This document shows positions 9,465-18,759 of a DNA stretch of 64,000 nucleotides, piece by piece. The DNA comes from an uncultured Solirubrobacteraceae bacterium. Lineage in GTDB: Bacteria > Actinomycetota > Thermoleophilia > Solirubrobacterales > Solirubrobacteraceae. Below the pieces are notes generated by a model. It made no database searches. It was not told where the DNA came from and was given only the letters and a program-made list of their open reading frames with translations. The DNA lies in the NCBI GenBank assembly GCA_963744845.1, contig CAVUVE010000012.1, positions 403,507 through 467,506 on the forward strand. The letters run 5' to 3'. The first letter of the stretch is position 1; each line of letters opens with the position of its first letter. A program made the translations under genes and the position numbers.

Positions 9465-10421
9465 GTGTACCGCGCGCGCCGCCGGCGCTTGGCGCTCGGC
9501 GTCGTCCTCGTCGTGCTCCTCTCCCCCACCGCTGGCCAGCTTCTGAACGCTGCGGGCCACGCGCCCACGGCCCGCAGGCGCGACGATCACCGCCGCAGCA
9601 CCGTGTCGGCGGTCGCGTGGCCGGTGCAGGGACAGGCGGCGTTCGTGCTCGGCAACGACCAGCCGGCGGCAAGCCCGGGGGAGCAGCCGGTTCCGATCGC
9701 CAGCCTGGCGAAGGTGATGACCGCCTACCTGACGCTGAGGCGCTACCCGCTGAGCGACGTGCAGGACGGGTTCACGAGCACCATCACCGCAGCCCAGGCC
9801 CTGGCCGAGGCCGAGAACACCGCCGAGCACCAGTCGGGCGTCGCGGTGGCGGCCGGCGAGCAGCTGTCCGAGCGCCAGCTGCTCGAGGCGCTCCTCATCC
9901 CCTCCGGGAACAACATCGCCCGGATCCTCGCCGACCGGGTCAGCGGCAGCGAGACCGACTTTGTCGCCGACATGAACGCGCAGGCGCTCGCGCTCGGGAT
10001 GGATCACACGAGCTACACCGATCCCAGCGGCTTCGACACGAGCACGGTCTCGACCGCCGCTGACCAGTTGCGCGTATTCCAGCGGGCGATGCGCTTGCCG
10101 GTCTTTCGTCAGATCGTCTCGATGCCGAGCGTGACCCTGCCGGTCGCCGGCACGCTCACCAATTTCAACCCGCTCGTCGCCGACGGGTACGCCGGCAAGA
10201 CGGGGTCGGACTCCGCGGCGGGGGGATGCCTGGCGTTCTTCACCCAGGTGACGGTCGGTGGACGACTCCAGACGGCGGTCGGCGTGGTGATGGGGCAGGG
10301 GGAGGGCAGCAACACGTCGGCGATCCTCGCCGCCGCCGGGGATGCCGCGCGGCAGTTGGTCAGCTCCGTCGCCCCGACGGCCGGCCAGGTCCCCCCGCCT
10401 CGAACTGATGTCAACGCATGA
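9465..10421 (+). CDS. D-alanyl-D-alanine carboxypeptidase (peptidase S11, PBP5-type)
   Basis: SxxK (SLAKVMT), SxN (IPSGNN) and KTG (YAGKTGS) motifs, with an N-terminal Arg-rich/TM anchor. The start is uncertain: GTG 9465 or ATG 9324. Confidence 0.85.
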   Translation: MYRARRRRLALGVVLVVLLSPTAGQLLNAAGHAPTARRRDDHRRSTVSAVAWPVQGQAAFVLGNDQPAASPGEQPVPIASLAKVMTAYLTLRRYPLSDVQDGFTSTITAAQALAEAENTAEHQSGVAVAAGEQLSERQLLEALLIPSGNNIARILADRVSGSETDFVADMNAQALALGMDHTSYTDPSGFDTSTVSTAADQLRVFQRAMRLPVFRQIVSMPSVTLPVAGTLTNFNPLVADGYAGKTGSDSAAGGCLAFFTQVTVGGRLQTAVGVVMGQGEGSNTSAILAAAGDAARQLVSSVAPTAGQVPPPRTDVNA

Positions 10422-10966
10422 CGAACGTAGGAGAAGGCATGAATGAGAGACAACGGCCGCTGGCCGCGCTGGCGCTCATCGTCATCGTCGCACTGATCAG
10501 CGGGTGCGGTTCAAGCGCACCCGCCGAGACCGGCACCGGCGCCAACCACACCACTGCCAGTGCTCAGAAGGGAGTGAAGTTCGCCGAGTGCATGCGCAGT
10601 AACGGGGTCAGCCAGTTTCCCGACCCGGGCGCGTCAGGCAAGCTCACCATCGATGCCGTCGCGAACGGCTCGTCTCTGGACACGAGCACTCCGGCGTTCA
10701 AGCAGGCCATCAGCGCATGTCAGAACCTGGAGCCAGCCGGGTTCATGGGCAGCAAGCGCAGCTCTGAGCAGCAGCACGCGGCGCTCACGTTCGCCCAGTG
10801 CATCCGCGCGAACGGCGTCAAGGACTTCCCGGACCCCGTCCCAAACGGGCCCCTCGTCGACACCAATCGAATCCCATCCTCGAATTCGCCCGGAGGGATG
10901 GGCATTCTCAACGCCGCAATGCAGAAGTGCCGCGCTGCGGCGGCCGCAGCAGGGGTCCACCGGTGA
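10418..10966 (+). CDS. lipoprotein with two internal Cys-containing repeats
   Basis: The lipobox is LISGC. A duplicated motif is present: FAECMRSNGVSQFPDP and FAQCIRANGVKDFPDP. The start overlaps the upstream stop (ATGA). Confidence 0.7.
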   Translation: MTNVGEGMNERQRPLAALALIVIVALISGCGSSAPAETGTGANHTTASAQKGVKFAECMRSNGVSQFPDPGASGKLTIDAVANGSSLDTSTPAFKQAISACQNLEPAGFMGSKRSSEQQHAALTFAQCIRANGVKDFPDPVPNGPLVDTNRIPSSNSPGGMGILNAAMQKCRAAAAAAGVHR

Positions 10967-12120
10967 GGCGCACGATGTCGATGCTGGCCGGATCGGCCGT
11001 CCTGACCGCCCTCGTCGCTACCGGCGCCGTGGTCGTGATGTCCGGTTCCAAGCAGCAGGCCCGGGCCGCGCAGCCTTCGCCGGTGAATACCGCGCCGGTG
11101 CAGAAGCGGACGCTCTCGGCGATGGTCTCCCAGCCGGGGACCCTGACGTATCGGGCTCGCCCGGACGGCTCGCCGTACTCCGTGACCAATCGGATGCGGG
11201 GGACGTACACCACACTGCCGCAGCGGGGCCGCGTCATCACTCCCGGTCACGTCCTGTATCGGGTGAACGATCGCCCGGTGGCGTTGCTCCATGGCTCGAC
11301 ACCGGCCTACCGGACCCTGAGGGCGGGGGCGACCGGCCCCGACGTCGCCGAGCTCAACGGAGACCTCGTCGCGCTCGGGTACGCCACCCGAGCGCAGCTC
11401 AGCCGAACCTCCGACGCCTTCGGAGCGGCCACTACGACGGCCGTGAGGAAACTCCAGGCCGCCCTGGGCGTGACCCAGACCGGCGCGCTGACGCTTGGCC
11501 AGCTGGTGTTCGAACCCACGGCCGTGCGGGTGACGAGCGTGCCGGCGGCCCTCGGGGGACGCACCCAGCCCGGGCAGATCGTGATGCAGGCCACGTCGAC
11601 CGCCCGTCAGGTGCAGGTGGCGCTGAGCGCCTCGCAGCAGACCGAAGTCGCCGCCGGCAACAAGGTGACGATCACCCTGCCCAACAACCGGACCACCCCG
11701 GGTGTCGTCGCGTCGGTGGGAACGGTCGCCACCTGCCCGTCGAGCTCGGGATCGGGCGGCTCGAGCTCGGGCCCGTCCTCGCCGGGGACGGGCACGTGCC
11801 CGTCGGGCGCCTCGGGGAGCACGACGCCGACCATCAGCGTGGCCGTCACCCCGTCTGACCCGGCCGCCACCGGCACGTGGGATCAAGCTCCGGTGCAGGT
11901 GGGGATCACGACCGCCAGGGTGCCGAATGCGCTGGTCGTGCCGGTGAGCGCGCTGCTGGCGCAGTCCGGCGGCGGCTATACGGTCGAGGTCGTCGGCGCA
12001 GGCGAGAGGAATCGTCTCGTGCCGGTGGCGCTGGGAATGTTCGACGATGCCGACGGGCTGGTGCAGGTCACGGGATCCGGGCTGGCCGCCGGGCAGAAAG
12101 TGGTGGTTCCGTCGCCATGA
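10963..12120 (+). CDS. efflux transporter periplasmic adaptor (HlyD/MFP-like) with peptidoglycan-binding domain
   Basis: It has an N-terminal TM segment and a PG_binding_1-like segment (GPDVAELNGDLVALGY...AVRKLQAALGVTQTG). A Ser/Gly-rich linker and a C-terminal beta-barrel-like end (YTVEVV...VPVALGMFDD..VQV) follow. The start (GTGA) overlaps the upstream stop. Confidence 0.8.
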   Translation: MRRTMSMLAGSAVLTALVATGAVVVMSGSKQQARAAQPSPVNTAPVQKRTLSAMVSQPGTLTYRARPDGSPYSVTNRMRGTYTTLPQRGRVITPGHVLYRVNDRPVALLHGSTPAYRTLRAGATGPDVAELNGDLVALGYATRAQLSRTSDAFGAATTTAVRKLQAALGVTQTGALTLGQLVFEPTAVRVTSVPAALGGRTQPGQIVMQATSTARQVQVALSASQQTEVAAGNKVTITLPNNRTTPGVVASVGTVATCPSSSGSGGSSSGPSSPGTGTCPSGASGSTTPTISVAVTPSDPAATGTWDQAPVQVGITTARVPNALVVPVSALLAQSGGGYTVEVVGAGERNRLVPVALGMFDDADGLVQVTGSGLAAGQKVVVPSP

Positions 12121-12875
12121 CGTCCACCCCGCCCGCCGGCGATGCCGTCGCCGCCAGCCGCGGCTTCGCTCTCCGCGGTCCTGAGGTGCCCGTTCTCGAG
12201 GTCCGCGAGGTCACCAAGCGCTACCCCGGCGAGCCGCCGATCGAGGCCCTGCGCGACGTGAGCCTGACCATCGGCGCAGGGGAGCTGGTCGGGATCGTCG
12301 GCCCGTCAGGTTCGGGCAAGACCACGCTGCTCCAACTGATGGGAACCCTCGACCGGCCCACCAGCGGCCACGTGCGGATCACCGGACTGGACGTCGCCAC
12401 GATGGCCGACGACGAGGTGGCCTACCTGCGAGCCACCCGGATCGGGTTCGTGTTCCAGCAGTTCTTCCTGGCCGAGCACTCCACGGTGCTCGACAACGTC
12501 GCCGACGGCCTCCTCTACGCCGGCGTCCCGCTCACGGAGCGTCGCCACCGCGCCCTCGACGCGCTCGAGCTGGTCGGCCTGGCCGGGCGCTCACCTGCCC
12601 GTCCGACGCAGCTCTCGGGCGGGCAGCGCCAACGGGTCGCGATCGCCCGAGCCCTCGTCGGCCGGCCGGCGATCGTGCTCGCCGACGAGCCCACCGGGAA
12701 TCTCGATCAGGCGACCGGCCACGCCATCCTGGCCCTGATCGACGAGCTCCACCGGGCCGGTTCGACGATCGTGGTCATCACCCACGACCACGCGATCGCC
12801 GAGCGCATGCCGCGCAAGGTCGAAATCCTCGACGGGCGCATCGTCGCCGACACCGGCCCCGCAGCGCCATCGTGA
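12117..12875 (+). CDS. MacB/LolD-type ABC transporter ATP-binding protein
   Basis: Walker [10 protein letters not shown], signature [15 protein letters not shown] and Walker [16 protein letters not shown] overlap with the upstream gene. Confidence 0.92.
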   Translation: MTSTPPAGDAVAASRGFALRGPEVPVLEVREVTKRYPGEPPIEALRDVSLTIGAGELVGIVGPSGSGKTTLLQLMGTLDRPTSGHVRITGLDVATMADDEVAYLRATRIGFVFQQFFLAEHSTVLDNVADGLLYAGVPLTERRHRALDALELVGLAGRSPARPTQLSGGQRQRVAIARALVGRPAIVLADEPTGNLDQATGHAILALIDELHRAGSTIVVITHDHAIAERMPRKVEILDGRIVADTGPAAPS

Positions 12876-14080
12876 GTGCCACCGCGCCCCTGAACCACCG
12901 TCGACTGGCGCTCTCCGACCTCACCCGGCTGTCCACCGTCGGGCTGCGCACGCGGAAGCTGCGCGCCGCGCTGTCGGCGCTCGGAATCGCCATCGGGGTG
13001 GCTGCGATCGTCGCCGTCCTTGGCCTATCGGCGTCCTCTCAGGCCGGTCTGCAGGCGGAGATCAACCGGCTGGGCACCAACCTGCTCACCGTCCGCAACG
13101 GCCAGAGCTTGACCGGCGGCACCGTGGAACTGCCCACCATCGCTCCGGGCATGATCAGCCGTATCGGCGGTGTGCAGCACGTGCAGAGCACCGGCGAGGT
13201 GAGTGGCGTGAACGCGTATCGCACGCGTTACATCCCGTCGGTCGACACCAACGGCCTGACCGTCCAGGCCGCCTCCCTCGACCTCCTCCGCGTAGTGGCC
13301 ACGACCGTTGCCCACGGCCACTACCTCAACGCAGCGAGCGCCCACGAGCCCGTCGCCGTGCTCGGAGCGACGGCCGCTCAGCTGCTCGGGATCGATCGCC
13401 TCTACCCCGGCGAACGGATCTGGGTCGGCGGCCAGTGGTTCTACCTCGCCGGGATCCTGACCCCCGCCGTGCTCGCCTCCGACATCGACACCTCCGTGCT
13501 GGTCGGCTCCCCGGCGGCACGGAAGTACTTGGGGTTCGACGGTCACCCATCGACGATCTACCTCCGCGCCGACACCGACGAGGTCACCGCCGTGGACAAC
13601 CTCCTGGCCGCGACCGCCAACCCGGAGAACCCCAGCGAGGTCAACGTCAGCCAGCCGTCCGACGCCCTGGTTGCCCAGGCGGACGCCAAGAGCGCGCTGA
13701 ACGGCCTGTTTCTCGGCCTCGGCGCCGTCGCCCTGCTGGTCGGCGCGGTCGGCGTCGCGAACATCATGATCATCTCGGCGCTCGAGCGCCGCTCCGAGAT
13801 CGGACTGCGCCGCGCCCTCGGCGCCACCCGGAGCCATATCCGCACCCAGTTCCTCTCTGAAGCCGTCCTTCTCGGTCTGCTCGGCGGAACCGTCGGCGTC
13901 GCGCTGGGGGTGGCGGCCACGGCCGTCTACGCGCACGTCAAACACTGGGCGACGATCGTCCCCGCCGAAGCATGGGCGGGCGGCATCGCCGCCTCCCTCA
14001 TCATCGGCGCGGTCGCCGGACTCGTCCCCGCGCTCCGCGCGGCCCGCCTCTCCCCCACCCAGGCCCTGTGGTCGGTCTGA
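12872..14080 (+). CDS. ABC transporter permease (MacB/FtsX family)
   Basis: 402 aa. It has an N-terminal TM, a large periplasmic domain and a C-terminal FtsX-type 3-TM bundle (ERRSEIGLRRALGA). GTGA overlap with the ATPase gene. Confidence 0.9.
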   Translation: MSATAPLNHRRLALSDLTRLSTVGLRTRKLRAALSALGIAIGVAAIVAVLGLSASSQAGLQAEINRLGTNLLTVRNGQSLTGGTVELPTIAPGMISRIGGVQHVQSTGEVSGVNAYRTRYIPSVDTNGLTVQAASLDLLRVVATTVAHGHYLNAASAHEPVAVLGATAAQLLGIDRLYPGERIWVGGQWFYLAGILTPAVLASDIDTSVLVGSPAARKYLGFDGHPSTIYLRADTDEVTAVDNLLAATANPENPSEVNVSQPSDALVAQADAKSALNGLFLGLGAVALLVGAVGVANIMIISALERRSEIGLRRALGATRSHIRTQFLSEAVLLGLLGGTVGVALGVAATAVYAHVKHWATIVPAEAWAGGIAASLIIGAVAGLVPALRAARLSPTQALWSV

Positions 14081-14086
14081 TCCCCG

Positions 14087-15010
14087 GTGCCCCTCCGCCA
14101 GCCGACGCTCACCGCGCCCGACGTGCTGACATTCGCCGCAATGGCGAAGCCGATCCGGGATGCTGCGGCGATGGCGCGTGCTCAGGTTGCGGTCGTGCGC
14201 GACGATCCGATGGCGCGCCTGGAGCTGGCGGTCTCGACGTACCGTGGCCCCACCGGGCACGCGCCGCGTCATCTTCCGTTTCGGCGCGCCGCGATCTCGT
14301 TCATGCGCTGGGAGCTCGAGCGCGGCGTGCTCAACCCTCTCGATGGCGATCCTCCGGGAAGCCAGTGGTGGCGAGCGCTGAATGAGCGACTGCTGCGGGA
14401 CGGCTGCGAGGCCGTCGCTCGAGCCGGGGGCCTGGGCGGCGAGATGTCATCGCCAACGATCGAGCTCTGGATGACGTTCGTCGCTGAGCCGACCGCTGCG
14501 AACTGGTATCGAGCCCACAACGCCAGCATCGTCGCCGCCTACCTGGAACATCGACAGCTCGCCGAGTCAGAGGGTCGGGCGGACCGCTTCTTTCTCAACG
14601 TCGTGCTGCTGCGTGTTCTCTACGCGCATGCGCTCGTGGCCGCTCCTCGGTTGGCGCTCGGGCGGGCGCGATGGGTCGGTCATCTGCTGGGGGATCCCCG
14701 GCTCGGAATGGCCGGCATCTTCCTGTCGTTGGGCCGCGTTCTTCCGCATCGATATCCGCTCACCGACGATGTGGAGAGCTACCTGCGTGACGAACAGGGT
14801 TTCGGGCGCATGCTTGATTACGCCGTGATCAGACCGCGCCTGCAGACTCTCTATGAGTGGTCGGCGCACGAGCTTGCCCAACCGGGGCTGCGCGAGCTGG
14901 TGTGCAACGGCTGTCCTGTCTACGCCTGGCCGTACGCCGAGCGCGATGTGTGGGAGCCACCCCCGATGCCGTCGCTCGCTGTCGTGCTGAGGATCGCATC
15001 AGCCCGGTGA
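14087..15010 (+). CDS. hypothetical protein (unrecognised family)
   Basis: 307-aa ORF starting 6 nt after the permease stop. Its composition looks like real coding sequence, but I recognise no motif. Confidence 0.55.
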   Translation: MPLRQPTLTAPDVLTFAAMAKPIRDAAAMARAQVAVVRDDPMARLELAVSTYRGPTGHAPRHLPFRRAAISFMRWELERGVLNPLDGDPPGSQWWRALNERLLRDGCEAVARAGGLGGEMSSPTIELWMTFVAEPTAANWYRAHNASIVAAYLEHRQLAESEGRADRFFLNVVLLRVLYAHALVAAPRLALGRARWVGHLLGDPRLGMAGIFLSLGRVLPHRYPLTDDVESYLRDEQGFGRMLDYAVIRPRLQTLYEWSAHELAQPGLRELVCNGCPVYAWPYAERDVWEPPPMPSLAVVLRIASAR

Positions 15011-15135
15011 ACGAACCCGTCAGTCCCCCGGCTGCAGCGGCAGCTCGCTCCGGCGCGGGGCGCTGACCCCCCGGTGTTCGCGAGGCGCGGCGCGGGTAGG
15101 ATGCCTCACCGGTCGTAGAGGAGAGGGAGAACGAG

Positions 15136-16335
15136 ATGGCGCCAGGCAACGGATACGCGAACGGCGATATCAGTCGCGTCCCCGATACGTTCACGTTGAG
15201 CGATTGGCCTCGGAACTGCTGGTATGCGGCGGCGTATGACGTCGAGTGCGGCCGGGCGCTGCTCGCGCGGACGATCGGCGGGCATCATCTCGTGATCTAC
15301 CGCCGTCAGGATGGTCGCCCGGTTGCGCTGGAGAACGCGTGCTGGCATCGGCTGATGCCGTTGTCCGAGGGCAGCCTCGAGGGGGATGACGTCGCGTGCG
15401 GCTACCACGGGCTGGTCTACAACGCCGAGGGCCGCTGCACGTTCATGCCGTCTCAGAAGACGATCAATCCCGCGGCGCGCGTCCGCGCCTTTCCGGTCGT
15501 CGAACGCCATCGGTTTGTCTGGGTGTGGACGGGTGATCCGGCGATCGCTGATCCCGAGCTCGTGCCGGATCTGCATTGGAACGACGATCCGGGGTGGGCC
15601 GGGGACGGAAGCTTGATTCACCTCGACTGCAACTACAAGCTGATCGTCGACAATCTGATGGACCTCACCCACGAGACGTTCGTGCACGGCGCCAGCATCG
15701 GTCAGCGCTCGATCGCCGAAGTGCCCTTCGAGGTGACCCACGGGCCGCGCTCAGCGACCGTCTCGCGTTGGATGGAGGACGTCGAGCCCCCGCCATTCTG
15801 GAGGATGCAACTCGAGTGGAAGCTCGGGGAGCGGTGTGGCCGCGTCGATCGATGGCAGATCGTCAACTTCGAGCCGCCGGGCACGGTCGCGATCGATGTC
15901 GGAGTCGCTCCCGCGGGCACCGGCGCGCGCGATGGCGACCGCTCTCACGGTGTCAACGGCTTCGTGTTGAACACGATGACGCCCGAGACCGATCGGTCCT
16001 GTCACTACTTCTGGGCGTTCGTTCGCAACTATCGACTCGACGATCAACGGATCACGACCCTGATTCGCGAGGGTGTGTCGGGAGTGTTCGGCGAGGACGT
16101 GGACGTGCTCGCGGCTCAGCAGAGGGGGATCGACGCTCACCCCGACAAGGAGTTCTACAACCTCAACATCGACGGGGGAGCGATGTGGGCCCGTCGCCTG
16201 ATTGACAAGCTCATGGCCGAGGAGGACGACGATCGGCGCTACGAGCGATCCGCCGAGGCCGCCGGGGCGCAGGACGGCAGTGTCAGCCGCGTCGAGGCGA
16301 CGGCCGCCGATGCCGCGCGCCTCGGACTGGCCTGA
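15136..16335 (+). CDS. Rieske [2Fe-2S] aromatic oxygenase, VanA/phthalate-family alpha subunit
   Basis: Rieske motif CWHRLMPL...CGYHGLVY and the catalytic-domain motif NYKLIVDNLMDLTHETFVH. Confidence 0.9.
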   Translation: MAPGNGYANGDISRVPDTFTLSDWPRNCWYAAAYDVECGRALLARTIGGHHLVIYRRQDGRPVALENACWHRLMPLSEGSLEGDDVACGYHGLVYNAEGRCTFMPSQKTINPAARVRAFPVVERHRFVWVWTGDPAIADPELVPDLHWNDDPGWAGDGSLIHLDCNYKLIVDNLMDLTHETFVHGASIGQRSIAEVPFEVTHGPRSATVSRWMEDVEPPPFWRMQLEWKLGERCGRVDRWQIVNFEPPGTVAIDVGVAPAGTGARDGDRSHGVNGFVLNTMTPETDRSCHYFWAFVRNYRLDDQRITTLIREGVSGVFGEDVDVLAAQQRGIDAHPDKEFYNLNIDGGAMWARRLIDKLMAEEDDDRRYERSAEAAGAQDGSVSRVEATAADAARLGLA

Positions 16336-16361
16336 TCAGCGCGCGGGTCGCGAGCGTCACC

Positions 16362-17342
16362 ATGGCATCTGGGCACTTCGGCGCGGGCCACGTGCGGGCG
16401 GTGCGCGACGTGGCCGCCGACGTGAGGCTGGTCGAGATCGAGCCGCACCGGGGCGTGCAGCGCTATCGGACCGGCGCCCACCTCGACATCGCCGTCGTGG
16501 TCGACGGACTCCCTGACATCCGCTCCTATTCGTTGGTCGGGGAGGCTCCGGCCGACGGTGCCTATCGCATCGCCGTCAAGGAAGTCCGCGACAGTCGCGG
16601 CGGCTCGCGCTTCGTGCGCGCGCTGGAGGCCGACCACGACGTGCAGGTCTCGGACCCGCAGAGTCAGTTCGAGCTGCAATACGGGCGTCCCGAGTATCTG
16701 CTCATCGCGGGCGGGATCGGGATTACGCCGATGGTCGGTATGGCGCAGGCGCTCGAGCGCCACGGCCGGCCGTTTCGCCTCCTCTACGCCGGACGGACCC
16801 GCGAGCAGATGCCGTTCGTCGATGACCTGCGCGAGCTTCTCGGCGACCGCCTCGAGTTGTTCGTCTCCGCAGACGGCACGCGCCTGGATGTCGGGCGGGA
16901 GATCGATCGCCTCGATCCGGAGGGTGAGGTGTACCTGTGCGGGCCGCTGCGTCTTCGCGACGCCGTGCAGAACGCGTGGCAGGCTCGCGACCGACCGGCC
17001 GGCCGGCTGCAGTTCGAGACGTTCGCCTCTGGCGGGCGCTTCGCGCCCGAGGAGTTCGTCGTCCGCCTCGCCGACCGAGACGATCAGGAAATCCGCGTCG
17101 GGCGCAACCGCACGCTGCTCGGCGCCCTCCAAGACAGCGGCGTGGACATGATGTGGGACTGCCTGCGCGGCGAGTGCGGGCTCTGTGCCGTACGCGTCGT
17201 CGAGGTCGATGCGCAGATCGATCACCGCGACGTCTTCCTGAGCGCCGAGCAGCACGACGGTAACGAGGCGATCGTGACCTGCGTCTCGCGCGCCGTGGGT
17301 GGATCGCTGGTCATCGACAGCGGGTTTCGCCCGCCCGGCTAA
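16362..17342 (+). CDS. PDR/VanB-family oxidoreductase (FMN/NAD-binding reductase with plant-type 2Fe-2S)
   Basis: RSYSL flavin motif, GGIGITP NAD motif and a C-terminal CLRGECGLCAVRV ferredoxin cluster. It lies 26 nt downstream of the Rieske gene. Confidence 0.9.
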   Translation: MASGHFGAGHVRAVRDVAADVRLVEIEPHRGVQRYRTGAHLDIAVVVDGLPDIRSYSLVGEAPADGAYRIAVKEVRDSRGGSRFVRALEADHDVQVSDPQSQFELQYGRPEYLLIAGGIGITPMVGMAQALERHGRPFRLLYAGRTREQMPFVDDLRELLGDRLELFVSADGTRLDVGREIDRLDPEGEVYLCGPLRLRDAVQNAWQARDRPAGRLQFETFASGGRFAPEEFVVRLADRDDQEIRVGRNRTLLGALQDSGVDMMWDCLRGECGLCAVRVVEVDAQIDHRDVFLSAEQHDGNEAIVTCVSRAVGGSLVIDSGFRPPG

Positions 17343-17424
17343 CCCACGAGGGCCAGAGGCGGTCGCTTGGGCCGGGCGTGCCGCCGGCGCCGCTTGCGAT
17401 CGAGGTTTCTGCGGTGGCCCTCGC

Positions 17425-18111
17425 CTATCGCTGGGGCGGCGTGGTGGCCCGGCGAGCGCGCAGCATTGCGACGGCGACGGCGATCGCGACGACCCCGATC
17501 GTCGCCAGCAGTGCGTAGTGGGAGATCGCCTTGGCGACCTGCACCGCGGGGTGTCCGACGGCGTAACCGAGGCCGACGATCAGTCCGACCCACGCGAGCA
17601 TCCCGAGGAGATCGAAAACCAGGAAGCGACGGAGGCTCATCGCTGTCCAGCCCGCCGCCGCGTAGATGAACGACGAGGGCACGGGCAGGAATGGAGCCAA
17701 CGCAACCGCCAGCCCGCCGAAGCGTTCCAAGTGAGCGCCGGAGCGCTGAGCCCACTTCTCCGCGTTCGGGTGACCACCGCCGAGCGTGGCAGCCACCTTC
17801 GGACCCCACAAGCGCCCCGCCCACCAGAAGAACGGCGTGGCGAACAGCAGCGTCGGAAGGGGAGCGAGGACGGCGAGCACGAGCGATGCCTCCCCCACTC
17901 GGGCAAACGCCCCACCGGATGCCATCGCTGACGTCGATCCGCGCAGCGCCTCCAAGAGCACCGGATCGGTCCCGATCAGGGACGGCGTGAGCGGCAGGAG
18001 CGCGAGGGCAAAGACCGTCTTGGCCGCGATGCCGGTCACACAGGCGATCTCGGCGCGCCGCCGCGCGGCGCCGCGGGGGACCTCGTCACCGGGCGGGACG
18101 GTCGTCGTCAT
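17425..18111 (-). CDS. DedA/VTT-domain membrane protein
   Basis: 228-aa polytopic ORF with a LPVPSSFIYAAAGWT...FLVFDLLGMLAW pattern typical of the SNARE-associated/DedA family. Confidence 0.8.
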   Translation of the reverse strand: MTTTVPPGDEVPRGAARRRAEIACVTGIAAKTVFALALLPLTPSLIGTDPVLLEALRGSTSAMASGGAFARVGEASLVLAVLAPLPTLLFATPFFWWAGRLWGPKVAATLGGGHPNAEKWAQRSGAHLERFGGLAVALAPFLPVPSSFIYAAAGWTAMSLRRFLVFDLLGMLAWVGLIVGLGYAVGHPAVQVAKAISHYALLATIGVVAIAVAVAMLRARRATTPPQR

Positions 18112-18199
18112 CTCTCCATTGTCGCCTCCAGCCCGTCGTCACACATCCTGCGACCGGCCGGGGCCGGCGTCTCAGCCGGGTCGTGGCGCCCGGTCGGCG

Positions 18200-18685
18200 C
18201 TATCTGACCCCGAAGTGGCGGCGAGTGTCGCGGAACAGGCTGCGGGTGATCAGCCGGTTGATCGAATTGCCCGGTCGCGCCGCCGGCGGCGCCTCGAACG
18301 CGACCGTCCAGGTGAAGCGGCAGCTCGACGGCGACGTCTCCTCGACGAGGTAGTCCTCGACGAATGTGCGAAACAGCGGTGCCGTCGCCTGCGCGACATA
18401 GAACGATTTGCGCGTGCCCTCCTCCCACCGGAAGTAGACCTCCTTGAGCGCGAGGGCGCCGAGCGGTGTCTGCACCGTCCTCGTCGTCCCTTCGCCGAAC
18501 GGCCGCGGCGAGGTCCAGGTGACGCCGGCGAGCAAGCGGCACCACGACAAGGTGTCGGGCGATGTGAGATCGGACCAGACGCTCTCGGCCGGCCGCGCGA
18601 TCTCCATCGTGTCGGCCACGCGCTGCGACGCTGAGCTGAGGAAGGCCTCGTCGCCGGGTTGGAGCTCGAACCATGGACGTTTCAC
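18200..18685 (-). CDS. SRPBCC (polyketide cyclase/START-like) family protein
   Basis: Only the C-terminal 161 codons of the listed 316-aa ORF look coding (IARPAESVWSDL...FRWEEGTRKSFYV...CRFTWTVAF). GTG start at 18685 or ATG at 18607. Confidence 0.75.
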   Translation of the reverse strand: MKRPWFELQPGDEAFLSSASQRVADTMEIARPAESVWSDLTSPDTLSWCRLLAGVTWTSPRPFGEGTTRTVQTPLGALALKEVYFRWEEGTRKSFYVAQATAPLFRTFVEDYLVEETSPSSCRFTWTVAFEAPPAARPGNSINRLITRSLFRDTRRHFGVR

Positions 18686-18759
18686 GGGCGCGGATCGTAT
18701 CCGACGACCAGTCCGCCGGGGCGGGTGCACACGGGTGCTAGCGTCGCCGATGTTCGCCG

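Noticed and set aside
8660-10063. A 467-aa plus-strand ORF across the response regulator and carboxypeptidase.
   Set aside because: It is antisense to or out of frame with two motif-supported genes, and it contains no recognisable domain.
10720-14272. Long minus-strand ORFs (388 aa at 10720-11886 and 415 aa at 13025-14272) and the 401-aa plus-strand alternative frame (10653-11858).
   Set aside because: They are shadow ORFs opposite or offset to the adaptor and FtsX permease genes. Their composition is dominated by Arg/Gly/Asp/His.
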